A DNA stretch of 64,000 nucleotides from Octopus vulgaris (taxonomy: Eukaryota): positions 35,278,001 through 35,342,000 of the forward strand of contig OX597834.1 of the NCBI GenBank assembly GCA_951406725.2, in the 5' to 3' direction. A program made the translations under genes and the position numbers. This document shows, piece after piece, positions 25,561 to 38,976 of the stretch (position 1 is the first letter of the stretch; each line of letters begins with the position of its first letter). The notes beneath the pieces were generated by a model that saw only the letters and a program-made list of their open reading frames with translations, was not told the DNA's origin and searched no databases.

Positions 25561-25707
25561 GTTTTCCTCCCAGCCAGCGGAATCTTTGGAACCAACGCTG
25601 CTGTCACTGTTGAAGTTCTTCTTCAAGTGGTCCTTCTTCAGGTCCTCTTGCCAGTACGTCATCAATTCCAGAACGTTGGATGACTGACGGGTGTCGTCTT
25701 TGATTCC
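25561..25707 (-). CDS. STK33: STK33-like kinase, exon 9
   Basis: TACAG|GIKDDTRQSSNVLELMTYWQEDLKKDHLKKNFNSDSSVGSKDSAGWEEN|GTAAGC. NVLE(L/M)MxxW matches the STK33 post-kinase motif. 147 nt. Confidence 0.88.
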
Positions 25708-26857
25708 CTGTAAGAATATAGCAGAAGACACTCGGATAAGCAGCAACACAACTACAGAGCAAAATATCCATCAATGATAAATGACCAAAAGACAAGAATT
25801 ACATAAATATATTCGTTAGCAAAGGACAAGAATTACATACTCTTTTACTTGTTTCAGTCATTTGACTGCGGCCATGCTGGAGCACCACCTTTAATCGAGC
25901 AACTCGACCCCGGGACTTATTCTTTTGTAAGCCCAGTACTTATTCTATCGGTCTCTTCTTGCCGAACCGCTAAGTAACGGGGACATAAACACACCAGCAT
26001 TGGTTGTCAAGCAATGCTAGGGGGACAAACACAGACACACAAACATACAACACACACACACATATATATACATATATACGACGGGCTTCTTTCAGTTTCC
26101 GTCTACCAAATCCACTCGCAAGGCTTTGGTCGGCCCGAGGCTATAGTAGAAGACACTCGCCCAAGGTGCCATGCAGTGGGACTGAACCCGGAACCATGAG
26201 GTTGGTAAGCAAGCTACTTACCACACAGCCACTCCTGCGCCTAACATAAATATATTCGTTAGCTTACAGTTTTTGTTTTTTTTTTTTTCAATTAAGAAAA
26301 CCAATTAACATTTGGTGATGAGTGCTAGTCTGTATTTCATGTATATATGATATGATGTGTGTGTGTGTGTGTGATTGTTTCTCTGGAGACTGGCAGAATG
26401 ATGTAGACGCCTCTGATGAGGAACCAATAAGGTTCGAAAATTGATTAAGGTTGTTCATCCTTTTTTTCAGTCTGCAGAGAAATGGTATAATGGTGGTATA
26501 AGGGCAGCGAGCTGGCGGAAACGTTAGCACGCCGGGCGAAATGCTTCGCGGTATTTCGTCTGTCGTTACGTTGTGAGTTCAAATTCCGCCGAGGTCGACT
26601 TTGCCTTTCATCCTTTCGGGGTCGATAAATTAAGTACCAGTTACGCACTGGGGTCAATGTAATCGACTTAATACCTATGTCTGTCCTTGTTTGTCCCCTC
26701 TATGTTTAGCCCCTTGTGGGTAATAAAGAAATAGGTATAATGGTGGCAGTGGTGGTGGTGGTGGTGGTAGAGAGGAGCAGATAGTCATAAAAGGAAGTGT
26801 TTTATGTTTTACCAATTATGATATCAGAGTAGATAGAAAGAGGTACGGAAGACCTAC

Positions 26858-26943
26858 CGTAAGCCAAGGGTGGTGTGAGGCCTCAAATGCCGTCAAACGA
26901 TGACTTGGATCAACATGCAATAATTTTTTGACGAAGTCTTTGG
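26858..26943 (-). CDS. STK33: STK33-like kinase, exon 8 (end of kinase domain)
   Basis: TTCAG|(A)KDFVKKLLHVDPSHRLTAFEASHHPWLT|GTAGGT; 86 nt, phase 1-0. Confidence 0.92.
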
Positions 26944-27380
26944 CTGAAATTTCAAAAAAAAAAAAAGAAAAAATGTAAAGAAACAAAAACCCCATTTTAG
27001 TAGTTTATGATCTTTTGTTATCAGTACGTGCATGCACACCACCACATCTACAAATGCATACATCACTCTTTGTCTCTGTCTGGTACTCTCTCTCTATGTG
27101 TGTGTGTGTGTGTCCTTGTCTAGTCGTCATGTGATGGGTGTAAACGAGCATCATCGTCATCATCATCATCATCATCATAAGAGCAATGTTGTTTGTTTCC
27201 AGTCTTTCATGGAAAACATGAGCTGTGTGTTGTTGTCTCCTTGAGCAAGACATTTCATCTCATGTTGTCCCAGTCACCTCAGCTGGTGGCAAAAATGAGT
27301 TGCACCAGCCGACCTTGTCACATTTTGTGTCACACAGAATGTCCCTGAGAACTATGTTAAGGGTCATGCATATATATTTA

Positions 27381-27417
<37 letters not shown>

Positions 27418-30284
27418 GTGTGTATATATATATGTGTATATATATATGTGTGTATATATATATGAGTGTGTGTGTGTGTGTATATATAAATATATATATA
27501 TGTGTGTGTGTATATATAAATATAAATGTATATGTATGTGTGTATATATATATATATATATATGCATGTATGTATACACACACACACACACACAAATATA
27601 TATACATGCATGACCCTTAACATAGTTCTGAGGGAGATTCTGTGTGACACAAAATGTGACAAGGTCAGCTGGTACAACTCATTTTTGCCAGCTGAGGTGA
27701 CTGGAACAACATGAGATGACATGTCTTGCTCAAGGAGACAACACACAGCTCACAATCAAACTTCGTGATTAGCAGCAAAATATCCTGACCACTAAGCCAT
27801 ATCACTTCACACACACACACACACAGAGAGTTTTTTTTCTGGTTCATTTGTGCTCCACTGCTTATGTACACTAACATTCAATATACAATTGAGAATACAG
27901 GCCTTCTTTCCTTTCCAGCCTCCGCTGCTTTGCTTGTCCTCTGCATCCAAAAACCTATGCTTTGCTGTATTGCAACATCACACATCATCATCATCATACA
28001 ACTTCCCCTTCACTCTTCACTCAGAGTGGAGGGGTGGGGGTAAGAGAGGGAGAGGAAGGAATCTTTGTTACCTCCACAGGTAATAGCTCCCTAATCTTTT
28101 TCCCCCATCCTGTTCTTACTCTAGCATCTCTGTTTTTAGAATACATTCCTCCATCGCTATTTAGGTCACTTCAATAATCCTTTCTATTACCGGCATAAGA
28201 CCTGAAATTGTGAGCCCCCCCCCCCCGGAAGGCAGGTAGTGGTGAGGGGCAGCAGTTGGGGGGGCTTGGGGGCTAGTCAATTAGTTCAACTCCAGTGCTC
28301 AACTGGTACTTATTTCCTTGAGCCCCACCCCACCCCAAAGTAGTTGATTGATAGCTTCCATTATTTAGGTGACCTTGAGTTCAATTGTTATCAAGATCAA
28401 CTTTGCTTCTCATCTGAAAGCCGACCTTGGCAGCATCTAAACTCAAGGGCACCTACTTAACAGAAGCTATCAACTACTTCTACATAACCTTCCAAGCATT
28501 TACAAGAATTTATATCATGTATGTTCTTGCTATTAACTAACCCCATAATTGCTTATGAAATCAAAATCTTCTTTCTCTATCTGTATGCTTGTAATCCTAC
28601 TGCACCCTCTTGTGCACCTAGAGTTCAATTTGGGTTCCCTAGAGGAATTTCTATCTACTCTTTTTATGCATAATAAGCGTGGCCCTTTTTCAGACAGTAG
28701 GAGAATCCTGTCTTCTTTCCAGTTGACTAAAACTTTTGCCTATGCAGACTCCTCAACTCTTGGCTTTGCTTCCACATTTACAGTTTGTTTCTTCTCTAAT
28801 TCTTCCATGGGTTCAGCTCTGAGAACTTAAAGTCATTGGCATACAGAAGCACCCATGGGGATCTGATCTTAAACCCCTCTGTTAACCAAGGCAACTATAG
28901 CAAATAGGAGGTGGGGTTGTAGCCTAAGCCCTACCTACATACTAAATCCTTCACTGAAATCATCGCTGTTGTCTATTATCAAGGTAGTCTACAGGGGTGG
29001 GGTCTCATAGAAATGGCCCTTTTGCTCATCTGAAAGTCTGCATCGTGGTGCGAATTGCAAAGATCTGCATCACTGTTGTGTGATCTATAAAAAGTCAAAA
29101 CTTAGTTATTCTGTCAAATATTTTGACTATTTCAGGTTATTTAGTAATTTCTCTGCCTCCAATAACTGACCTACACCATCAGCCCCAAGCACAAACCCTT
29201 GCTGCCTTGTGAGTGCCTTGGGAAAAGAGGTTGCAGGAATCAATCTCACGAGAAAATTAAGGAGTAGAGTTCCTCAAGTGGTCCAGTGCCCCCTTTGACA
29301 TTCTCCCAGCATCTCCAGGGTAGATGGAGTTCTCCGGCCCTGTAAGGCAATTCACCATTTTTCCAATATTGTGGAGGCACGTGGCTTAGTGGTTAGGGTG
29401 TTGGACTTAGGGTCATAAGATTGTGGTTTCAGTTCCTGTACTGGGCAATGCATTGTATTCTTGAGCAAAACACTTCATTTCATGTCGCTTCAGTCCACTC
29501 AGCTGGTAATGAGGAGCAACCTTGAGATGGTCGACATCCTGTCCAGGGGGAGAATTTATATGTTATGGAAACCGGGAAACTGGCCCTCACGAGTTGGCAT
29601 GGTAACCTCTAATATAAAACCTACAGCTTGCTGGTCACCACACCCATCTCAGCCTGCCAAGCCACTATGGTCAAATCACCAAGACTAAAGAGCAGGATTG
29701 GGTTGTGTGGATGGACTCTCACTTTGAAACTACTTAGTGAAGGCAGGAAGAAAATCCCAGAAGCATCAAGGATTGGTCTACATAATCCCTCGAGGGTATG
29801 CTGCTCTTCCTCATCATCTTCAGACATGAAGAAACTGCCATCATCATTATCAGTGGAAACGACTGCTAACCAACCTTCCCCGCTGATACTGTCTCTGTTC
29901 TAGATCCCTTAATACACTGATACACATAAGATGTGTATCAGTGTATTAAGGGATTAAGATGTGTATCAGTGTATTAAGATGCCAGCGGCGAGCTGGCATC
30001 TTAACGTTAGCATGCCGGGCGAAATGCGTAGCCATATTTCGTCTGACGTTACGTTCTGAGTTCAAATTCCGCCGAGGTTGACTTTGCCTTTCATCCTTTC
30101 GGGGTCGATTAAATAAGTACCAGTTACGCACTGGGGTCGATATAATCGACTTAATCCGTTTGTCTGTCCTTGTTTGTCCTCTCTGTGTTTAGCCCCTTGT
30201 GGGTAGTAGAGAAATAGATACACATAAACATATCCCTGATTTACATATGACTACAAAAATCATGAGCAACAGGTAACAACCAAC

Positions 30285-30397
30285 CTTCACTGCTGACATT
30301 GTCCCACTCAGGTGAATTAAATACAATTTTCCCAATTTTTATTTTCTTAATCAATTCTTTCTCATCATTGGCATAAAAGGGTGTATAACCGCAGAGT
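30285..30397 (-). CDS. STK33: STK33-like kinase, exon 7
   Basis: AACAG|(L)LCGYTPFYANDEKELIKKIKIGKIVFNSPEWDNVSSE(A)|GTTGGT; 113 nt, phase 2-1. Confidence 0.9.
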
Positions 30398-30577
30398 CTG
30401 TTGGAAGACAGAAAAGTTTAGAAAATATATAAATAAAGGACGAATAATATGAGTTGGGATTAACGAAGCTAGGCTGTGGTCTCTTGTGTGTCTTTGTTGT
30501 GTCAGTGTAGTGTCATTGTTCCAGTCCCAAATTAAATTTAAGTAGACCACAGTTATTGCAGTAGACCAGATGATTAA

Positions 30578-30799
30578 CCCTTTCGTTACTGTATTTATTT
30601 TGAGATGCTCTGTGTTTCTTTCAATTAATTTTAAATATAACAAAGAATTCAGTAAAATAACTTAGTTATCATTAAACTAGTGTTAGGAACATAAATTGTA
30701 ACTAAGGTTTGGTGGAAGATTATAATTAAAAATTTATGAAAGCAAGACATTTGTACCATGGGGCCAGAGACGGTTTTAGGCAGGTTGATATCAAAAGGG
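30578..30799. mobile_element. piggyBac-type MITE family (other copies at about 30830-31053 and 43533-43752, decayed copies at 39420-40600)
   Basis: TTAA|CCCTTT...AAAGGG|TTAA termini; internal sequence is shared among copies. Confidence 0.7.
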
Positions 30800-31400
30800 T
30801 TAAGAATTGTTTCTCTATTATATATTTTAGCCCTTTTGTTACCGTATTTATTTTGAGATGCTCTGTGTTTCTTTCAATTACTTTAAATAAAACAAACAAT
30901 TTAGTAAAATAACTTAGTTATTAATAAGCTAGTGTTAGGAACATAAATTATGACTAAGGTTTGGTGGAAGATTTTAATTCAAAACTTATGGAAACAAGAC
31001 ATTTGTACTACAGAATTAGAGGCGGTTTCAGCCGGGTTGGTATCAAAAGGGTTCAGAAGCTCAATTTGTTGAGTGTAATGCAAATACTCAACTGGTGTAG
31101 CTGAGGTGTAGCTTGAGTGAAGACTAGATTTTGTATTTGAGTTTAGACCTGCGTTTGAGTTTGGGCTTGAATTTAGATTTTAGCTAGAGTTGTAGTGCAG
31201 CTAAAAAAGCAAGGAATCTTTAGAATTTACAACTGATCATTTTATCAAGTGTAATGCAAATATTGAACTGATATAGCTGAGACACAGTTTGAGTGAAGAC
31301 TGGATTTTGTGTTTGAGTTTAGATCTACGTTTGAGCCTGAGCTTAGATTTTGGTCAGAGGTGAAGTGCAGCTATAAAAGCAAGGAATCTTTACAACTTAC

Positions 31401-31476
31401 AACTGATATGTAATGATACCCAAGGCCCAGACATCGCACTGCTGACTGTAGTTTTTATTTTCGGCAATTTCTGGTG
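31401..31476 (-). CDS. STK33: STK33-like kinase, exon 6 (APE motif and alphaF)
   Basis: CACAG|(A)PEIAENKNYSQQCDVWALGIITYQ(L)|GTAAGT. YSQQCD is characteristic of STK33. 76 nt, phase 1-2. Confidence 0.93.
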
Positions 31477-32197
31477 CTGTGTCAGAACAGGAATAATAAA
31501 ATGTTATGTAAAGATGTCAAGTCATTATGTTCTCAAATAAATAGCAATACAAAGCCTCTATCTAAACATGGGGATTATCCCAACCTTCAATTCTTATTTC
31601 TTTATTGCCCACAAGGGGCTAAACATAGCAGGGACAAACAAGGACAGACAAAGGGATTAAGTTGATTACATCAACCCCAGTGCGTAACTGGTACTTAATT
31701 TATCGACCCGAAAGGATGAAAGGCAAAGGCAACCTCGGCAGAATTTGATCTCAGAACGTAAAGACAGACGCAATACCACTAAGCATTTCGCCTGGCATGC
31801 TAGCATTTCAGCCAGCTTGCCGCCTTTCGATTCCCAACCTTCAATTCTACCCTCCATGAAGGCATGTGGCCAAATGAGAAGGGTGTTGCACTCACAATCA
31901 CAAGACCGTGATTTCAATTCCAGGACTGAGTGGTGTGTTGTATTCTTGAGCAAACACTTGCTCTCATGTTGTCCTGCAACCACTTCACCATCTAACGTGT
32001 AGTACACCATGGGGCCCCTGTTCAGGCAACATCAATATGATGGCAGAAATGAGCTAACGTACAGCACAGACGTTTGATCATCCTCATCATCATTATTATT
32101 TAATGTCCATTGTCCATGCTAGCATGGGTTGGATGATTTGACCATCCAACCCAGCTGGGGAGCTGCGCCAGACTCCAGCCTGTTTTGGTTTCTACAG

Positions 32198-32320
32198 CTG
32201 GATGCCTTTTAGAGGGTGTGCTGAATGCCCTTTAGAGGGTGTGCTGGATGCCCTTTAGAGGGTGTGCTGGATGCCCTTTAGAGGGTGTGCTGGATGCCCT
32301 TTAGAGGGTGTGCTGGATGC
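32198..32320. repeat. 23-bp tandem repeat, about 5 copies, amplified from within a family-C retroposon
   Basis: TTTAGAGGGTGTGCTGGATGCCC units. Confidence 0.85.
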
Positions 32321-32388
32321 GTTTATGTGGCATTGCACAGGCACTTTTATGTGACACTGCCCTAAAAATTCACTCCATAATTGCCAAC

Positions 32389-32464
32389 GGGCATATGGCA
32401 TAGTGGTTAAGAGCACAGGCTACTAACACCCAAGATTCCGAGTTCAATTCCAGGCAGTGACCTA

Positions 32465-32502
<38 letters not shown>

Positions 32503-32601
32503 TAATAATAACATTGAACAATACCTTAGAAATGAGAAGCCAGGTTCGAAATTTCCCCAAGACACCTGATGAAGGTTGGAGAGTATATCAGTCGAAACGT
32601 T
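32389..32601 (+). mobile_element. Second copy of the tRNA-head plus HHR element
   Basis: TGGCATAGTGGTTAAGAGC..GAGTTCAATTCC, (AAT)n, then GACAC-CTGATGA-AGGTTG..CAGTC-GAAACGTT. Confidence 0.65.
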
Positions 32602-33814
32602 AAAAACTACTCAACACATGGGTGCTTTCACTAAAAACAAATCCTTTGTGTAGGTCATCTGGCAAGAAATTATGGAAGCCTCATCTGTTGTTTATGGCAG
32701 AAGCATCCACAATTCTAACCATGGGGTTAGAATCTTCATTTTATCCCTATACCCCTCCCCCCTCTCTCTCCTTCATTCTTTGTGCCATTACCATAATTTT
32801 GCTGAACTTACAGGTTATATGCCAAGGCTTCATGGGAACACACTTCAGTCCACCTGTCTTAATGTTCCGAGTAGATCATTTTGCTGTTTCATCTCTTGGA
32901 TCCCCATATATTACCAAATACTCCTTCTTAGCCCTTCTAAATTCCCAATCTTTCTTTTCTAGAACTTCCATTACTCCCCACTTCTGGGTGCCTTTTTCTT
33001 ACAAACCAACCAATCAACCAACCAACCAACCAACAGAGGCCTTGTTCAGGGAAAAGTTGACAGCAGGGAAATGAATGAGCCATGGCAGAGTTTTATGTTG
33101 GTCAAACATTAAAAAAAAATCTGACTGCAACTGAAGAAGGACCCTGTCAAAAATGCTGGATTTTCCACTCTGGCACAGCCATTCATTGTAATCTTTCTTA
33201 TTGAATTTACTATATACATACACACACACACACTCATATATATATATATATATATCATCATCATCAACACCATAAGCATTGGCCATCTTCCTTGTTGGCA
33301 TCTGTTGCATGGTTTGACAGGGTCCGATAGATCCTAGGACTGCATTGTGCTCCAGTGTCTGCTTTGGTATGGTTCCTTTAGCTTAATGTCAACCACTTTG
33401 CAGAGTGTACTGGGTGCTTTGTAGGTGACACCAGTGAGGTCTGCTTTGGTATGGTTTCTATAGGTGGATGCCCTTCCTAATGCCAACCACTTTACAGAGT
33501 GTACTGGGTGCTTTTCTTATGCCATCAGCTTTGGTGAGGTCATTACTCAACTGATAAATTGAACCCTGAGGGGAGTGATTTTATGCTAAGAGATGAGGGG
33601 CTGAAACAGTGAGAGAAAAAGGGTCAGAACAAGTTTCAAACTGTAGAGGAGCTATATGACTATTCAGATTTTGGAAGAGAGGCTGGGAGGGATCAGATGG
33701 AATAGGAAAGTGATGAAAATAGTTGTGACGGGGTGTTTGGGATGATGGAACGATTCCGCTTGATTGAGAGGGATGGATGGGTGGCTCAACAACAACACAA
33801 GAACAACAACTCAC

Positions 33815-33902
33815 CCATGTAATTCAATGTGCCACAAAAGGAATTTAACATGTTTTCTGGACGAACCCCTTCTTTAACAACAGAGAGACCAAAATCAGTT
33901 AC
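33815..33902 (-). CDS. STK33: STK33-like kinase, exon 5 (DFG and activation loop)
   Basis: TGCAG|VTDFGLSVVKEGVRPENMLNSFCGTLNYM(A)|GTGAGT; 88 nt, phase 0-1. Confidence 0.93.
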
Positions 33903-33921
33903 CTGCAGAACAAAATAAGAC

Positions 33922-34612
33922 ATATTGGGTCATCCCATAAATAATGCAGTTTTTTTAATACTTCTTTCATTTTTGAAAATTAAGATAAACAAAATTCTTT
34001 TTTAATCTAAAATATACTCTCCTTCATTTTCTACAATGCTCTTCCATCCATCTGGTACACTTGCAAGATCCTTCTTCTAAAATTCACTTGTCTGTGACGA
34101 AAAATACTCTTCCAGTACTGTTCTGACCTCCTCTACAGAATTCATATTTTTTCCATCCAAATGATTTTGAAGACTGCGGAATAAATGATAATCAGATGGG
34201 GTAATGTCTGATGAATATGGTGGGTGGGGTACCATTTCCCATCAAAACTGCTTCAGCCTTTGGAATGTCATCCTTGCTGTATGTGGCTGAGCATTATCTT
34301 GATGGAAGAATACCTTTCGTCTTGAAACCAAAGATGGTCTTTTCTCTTTGAATAACTGCTTGAGTGACCAAATCCAAGGTTCTCTGTGAGTTCCTCAACA
34401 TTTGCAATGGGATTTTGTTCCACCAGGTTTTGCAGGACCTTCTTGTCAAGCTCTACAGGTCTTCCAGGATGAGGCTCATCTTCTAGGCTGTAGTTTCCAG
34501 CTCGGAAATTCTGGAACCACGATTGATACTGGCTCATGCTTATTGTCCGATCCCCATAAACTGTATTAATATTCCTTGCACTTTCTGTTGTGTTGTTGCC
34601 TTTATTGAACTC
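33922..34612 (-). pseudogene. Decayed, internally deleted mariner element
   Basis: WFQNFRAGNYSLEDEPHPGRPVELD (HTH and linker) plus a PPYSSDITPSDYHLFRSLQNHL-like segment. TIR-like end at about 33922. Confidence 0.75.
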
Positions 34613-35521
34613 ATCATCCTCATCATTTAACGTCCACTTTCCATGCTGGCATGGGTTGGACGATTTGACTGAGGACTGGCGAACCAGATGGCTGCACCAG
34701 GCTCCAGTCTGATCTGGCAGTGTTTCTACAGCTGGATGCCCTTCCTAACGCCAACCACTCTGTGAGTGTAGTGGGTTCTTTTTACATGCCAGCGGCACAG
34801 GGGCCAGTGGAGGCTGGAAACAGCCACGATTGATTGGTGTTTTTTAAGTGCCACCGGCACGGATGCTAGCCAAAGCAGCGCTGGCCATGTTCGGAATGTT
34901 TATATATTATTTGTTTGTTTCCAATATACCTTACTGTTTCCTGTTTTACTTGTGTGGGTTTTTCACATCACACACACATTAAAACATGGGAGTTTTAGAC
35001 ATTTAGGGCTCAGTTTAAAATCTTAATGTTTCTGTGTGGTTAAAAAGCTAGCTTCCCAGCCATGCAGTCTCAGGTTCAGTCCCACTGCATGACACCATGG
35101 GCAACTGTCTTTTGCTACAGCCCTATGATGACCAATGTTTTATGAGTGGAAACCGGTTACATAGACCTCTGGAGATAATGCTGTGACTTCGAAGACCCGA
35201 CAAATGAAGTGAGTTCATGGCTTGCAGGATGGCCTGCTGTGCTAACCTTGGATCGTAGAGTGACCTGCTGTTCTTGAGGAGACCTATTAAGTCAAGTACG
35301 TTAACACCAACATCAAAATGAAAATCAAATGGAAATTGTAGTTAAGATACCTGTGCCAGTGACACGTTAAAGCACCGTCCAAACGTGGCAGATACCAGCG
35401 CCGCCTGACTGGCATCCGTGTCAGTGACACGTAAAAGCACCGACCGATCATAGCCGTTTGTCAGCCTCCTCTGGCTCCTGTGCCAGTGGCACGTAAAAAG
35501 CACCCACTACACTCACGGAGA

Positions 35522-35563
<42 letters not shown>

Positions 35564-35922
35564 TAATAATAATAATAATTTAGGGACCCCCTTCGGTCAC
35601 GACACTGACCATGGGATTGCACCTAGAAAGTTACCCTCCTAGTCACAAGTCTGGGCAAGGTGGTTTATGGAAGACCAGCAGTCGCCCATGCATACCGGTC
35701 TCCCCTCTCCATGCCACCAGTGTTATCCAAGGGAAAGGCAAAGGGGCCGATACAGCTTGGCACCCGTGACGTTGCAACTCATTTCTACAGCTGAGTTAAC
35801 TGGAGCAACGTGAAGTAAAGTGTCTTGCTCAAGAACACAACACGCAGCCCGGTCCGGGATTCGAGCTGACAACCTCACGATCGTAAGCTCAACGCTCTAA
35901 CCACTGAGCCATGCGCCTTCAC

Positions 35923-35962
<40 letters not shown>

Positions 35963-36491
35963 GAAAGTTTATTTGTTTCTAGTATTCCATCTAAAAACAT
36001 GTCTAGCTATAAGAAAATATCACCTTAATTGCAAACAGATGAGGGTTAATGACAGGAAAGGCATTTAGCCATAAAAAAAATCTGCCTCAACAAATTCCTC
36101 CTGACCCATGCAAGCAAGGAAAGGTGGACGTTAAATGATGATGATGATTTATTAAATCAAAGCCATGACCTTTTCTCCTTGTTTTTGTTGTCATTGTTGT
36201 TGTGCTTGTAACCAATAGCTACTGGTGATTACGTTCGTTAACTATTAGTGCTTACGTTCGTTAACTTTTAGTGCTTATGTTCATTAGCCTCTGGTGGTCA
36301 TATGTGATATCTGTTGGTGGTCATGTCTGTTAGGTGTTAGTAATTATCGATCAATTGTCCATATTCTGAGATGAATTATTGCTATAACAACTTAAATTAT
36401 TCAGATAATTAAATCGCGTCTTTTCTCGTGCTTTTGTCTCCTACATGACATAACAATCGATTCAATAAGCAAATGACCATTAAATATCATA

Positions 36492-36539
<48 letters not shown>

Positions 36540-36594
36540 CATATATATACATATATATTTACACACACACACATATATATGCATCTATATTTAC

Positions 36595-36643
<49 letters not shown>

Positions 36644-38542
36644 TATATACATGCACATATACATATATATACATACATACATATAAATACACATACATAT
36701 AAATTTATGCACACACACATGTATATATCATCATCATCAACATCATCCACTTTTCCATGCTTGAGCAGGTCAGATGGAATTCATTGAAGCATGTCTTTTA
36801 CGGCCTGGTGCTCTTCCTGTCACCAACCCTCATCTCTTTTCAAGCAAGGAAACATTTCCTCTTAGCTGGACACATTTACCTGGAATACCGGAAACAAGTG
36901 GCATCGTTTGTGAGACGGCAACATATATCTCCATGTGTGTGTATGTATTGTGAAAGTGCATGGCTTTGTGGTTAGGACGTTCGACTCACGATCGTAAAGT
37001 TGTGTGTTCAATTCCTGGTGGTCTGTTGTGTCCTTGAGCAAGACACTCCATTCCACATTGCTCCAGTCCACTCAGCTGGCAAATATCAGTTGTACCCGTA
37101 ATTCAAAGGGGCCAGCCTTGTCACATTCTGTGTCGCATTGAATCTCCCTGAAAACTAAGTTAAACGCATGTGTGTTTGTGGATTACCACCACCACCACCA
37201 CCACCACCATCACCATCGTTTAACATCCACTTTCCATGCTGGCATGGATTGGACAGTTTGATATGGAGCTGCCTAGCAGGGGAGCTGTCTAAACTCCCAC
37301 TGTCTGTTGTAACATGCTTTCTATGGCCAGATGCCCTTCCTAATGCCAACCACTTTCCAGAGTGTGCTGGGTGCTTTTTACATGTCCCCATCGTGGGTGC
37401 TTTCTAAGTGGCACCGGCACGAGTGTATTTTGCATGGCACTGGCACCTGAAAAGTGCCAGCCTGTATGTGTGGAAGACATTTTACTTAGTTTGCTTATCA
37501 AGTACAGCAAATTGCCACATCTCCTGGTCCCTTGTCATTTCCTTAGTGAGGCCAAGAACCCGCAGACCCCTTCTCACCACTTCATCCCACGTCTCCCTGG
37601 GTCAACATAGACAGAAACTAAAAGAAACTCATCATATGTGCGTGCGTCTTTGTACTGCCTCGTCTTCACATCACATGACAGATGTAAACGGGTGTCACCT
37701 TCATACAAGCAGTGTCATTCGTTTCTGGTCTTCCATGAAAGCATTTCTGGTTCATGGGGGGGTGGGGAATATCACTTTGCTTGGAGACAAGTGAGAGTTG
37801 GTGACAGGAAGAGTACAGGGCTGAAGAAAATCTGCTTAGATGGAATTCTGTCTGACCCATGCAAGCATGCGATAGAGGATGTAAAGTGATGATGATATAT
37901 ATCATCATCATCATCATCATCATCATCATTTAGCGTCCACTTTCCATGCTAGCATGGGTTGGACGGGTCAACTGGGGTCTGGGAAGCCAGAAGGCTGCAC
38001 CTCGCCCAGTCTGATCTGGCAGTGTTTCTACAGCTGGATGCCTTTCCTAACGCCAATATATATATATATATGTACACGTGTGTGTCTGTGTGTGTGGGTG
38101 GGTGTCAAGTGATCAAATCACACTGTCACAGTGTATCAGACAATGAGACAAAAGATGTCGATGGTATTGATAATGGTGATAGTGATGCTGGTGGTGATAG
38201 TGACAGTGATGGTGGTGATGATGATGGTTGAGGTGATGGTTAAATAATCAGAAAAATGGTAATTATTACAATTCTGTTATTCATTATGTGTTATTATTTG
38301 TATCCATTACACATTAGCATACATTAATCTCATTTGCATCTAATTTAGCTAACTTTGATGCAAATCAGATGCAAATAAGATTAAAAGTTTATTTTGTCTC
38401 TATTTTAGTTGTCATTTTTTTTTCTTTTCCTGAAACTTTCGCTTTCTCAGACGAGACAGAAATTAAATTCTTTTACTCTTGTAAAAAGAAGACAAAAATA
38501 AAACAACAACAACAACATATAACAATGGCAACATCAACAATA

Positions 38543-38820
38543 ACAACAGAGGTCTGCTGGATCTGGTCTGACCTAGGGCTAAAAAAAAAACTAGAGCAAG
38601 AACAATAACAGAGATCTGGTGGATCAGCTGTGACCTAGGGCTAAAAAAAAATAATAGTAAGAAGAATAACAGAGATCTGGTAGATCAGGTCTGACCTAGG
38701 GCTAAAAAAAACAGCAGGAGTGATAACAGAGATCTAGTGGATCAGGTCTGACCTAGGGCTAAAAGAAAACAGCAAGAGCGATAACAGAGATCTGGTGGAA
38801 AAGTCTGACCTAGGGCTAGA
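38543..38820. repeat. ~60-bp minisatellite, 5 copies
   Basis: Core AACAGAGATCTGGTGGATCAGGTCTGACCTAGGGCTA followed by an A-rich linker. Confidence 0.85.
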
Positions 38821-38976
38821 TGACAACACCACTGCTGCTGCCACCTGTGATGTAGATGCTGCTGATGACAACAACAACAATAACAATGATAACAACAACA
38901 ACAACAACAACGACAATGATAATGGTAATGACAAGAACAACAACAACAACAAACCTCCCCCCACACACACACTTAC

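Noticed and set aside
28549-28830. Coding-looking stretch in intron 7 (- strand MEELEKKQTVNVEAKPRVEESA-stop...)
   Set aside because: In-frame stop and no recognisable homology; exons 7 and 8 already join in phase.
38543-38820. CRISPR-like appearance: a 37-bp conserved repeat with variable ~22-bp spacers
   Set aside because: The spacers are homologous A-rich linkers, the array lies in a eukaryotic intron and there are no cas genes; it is a minisatellite.
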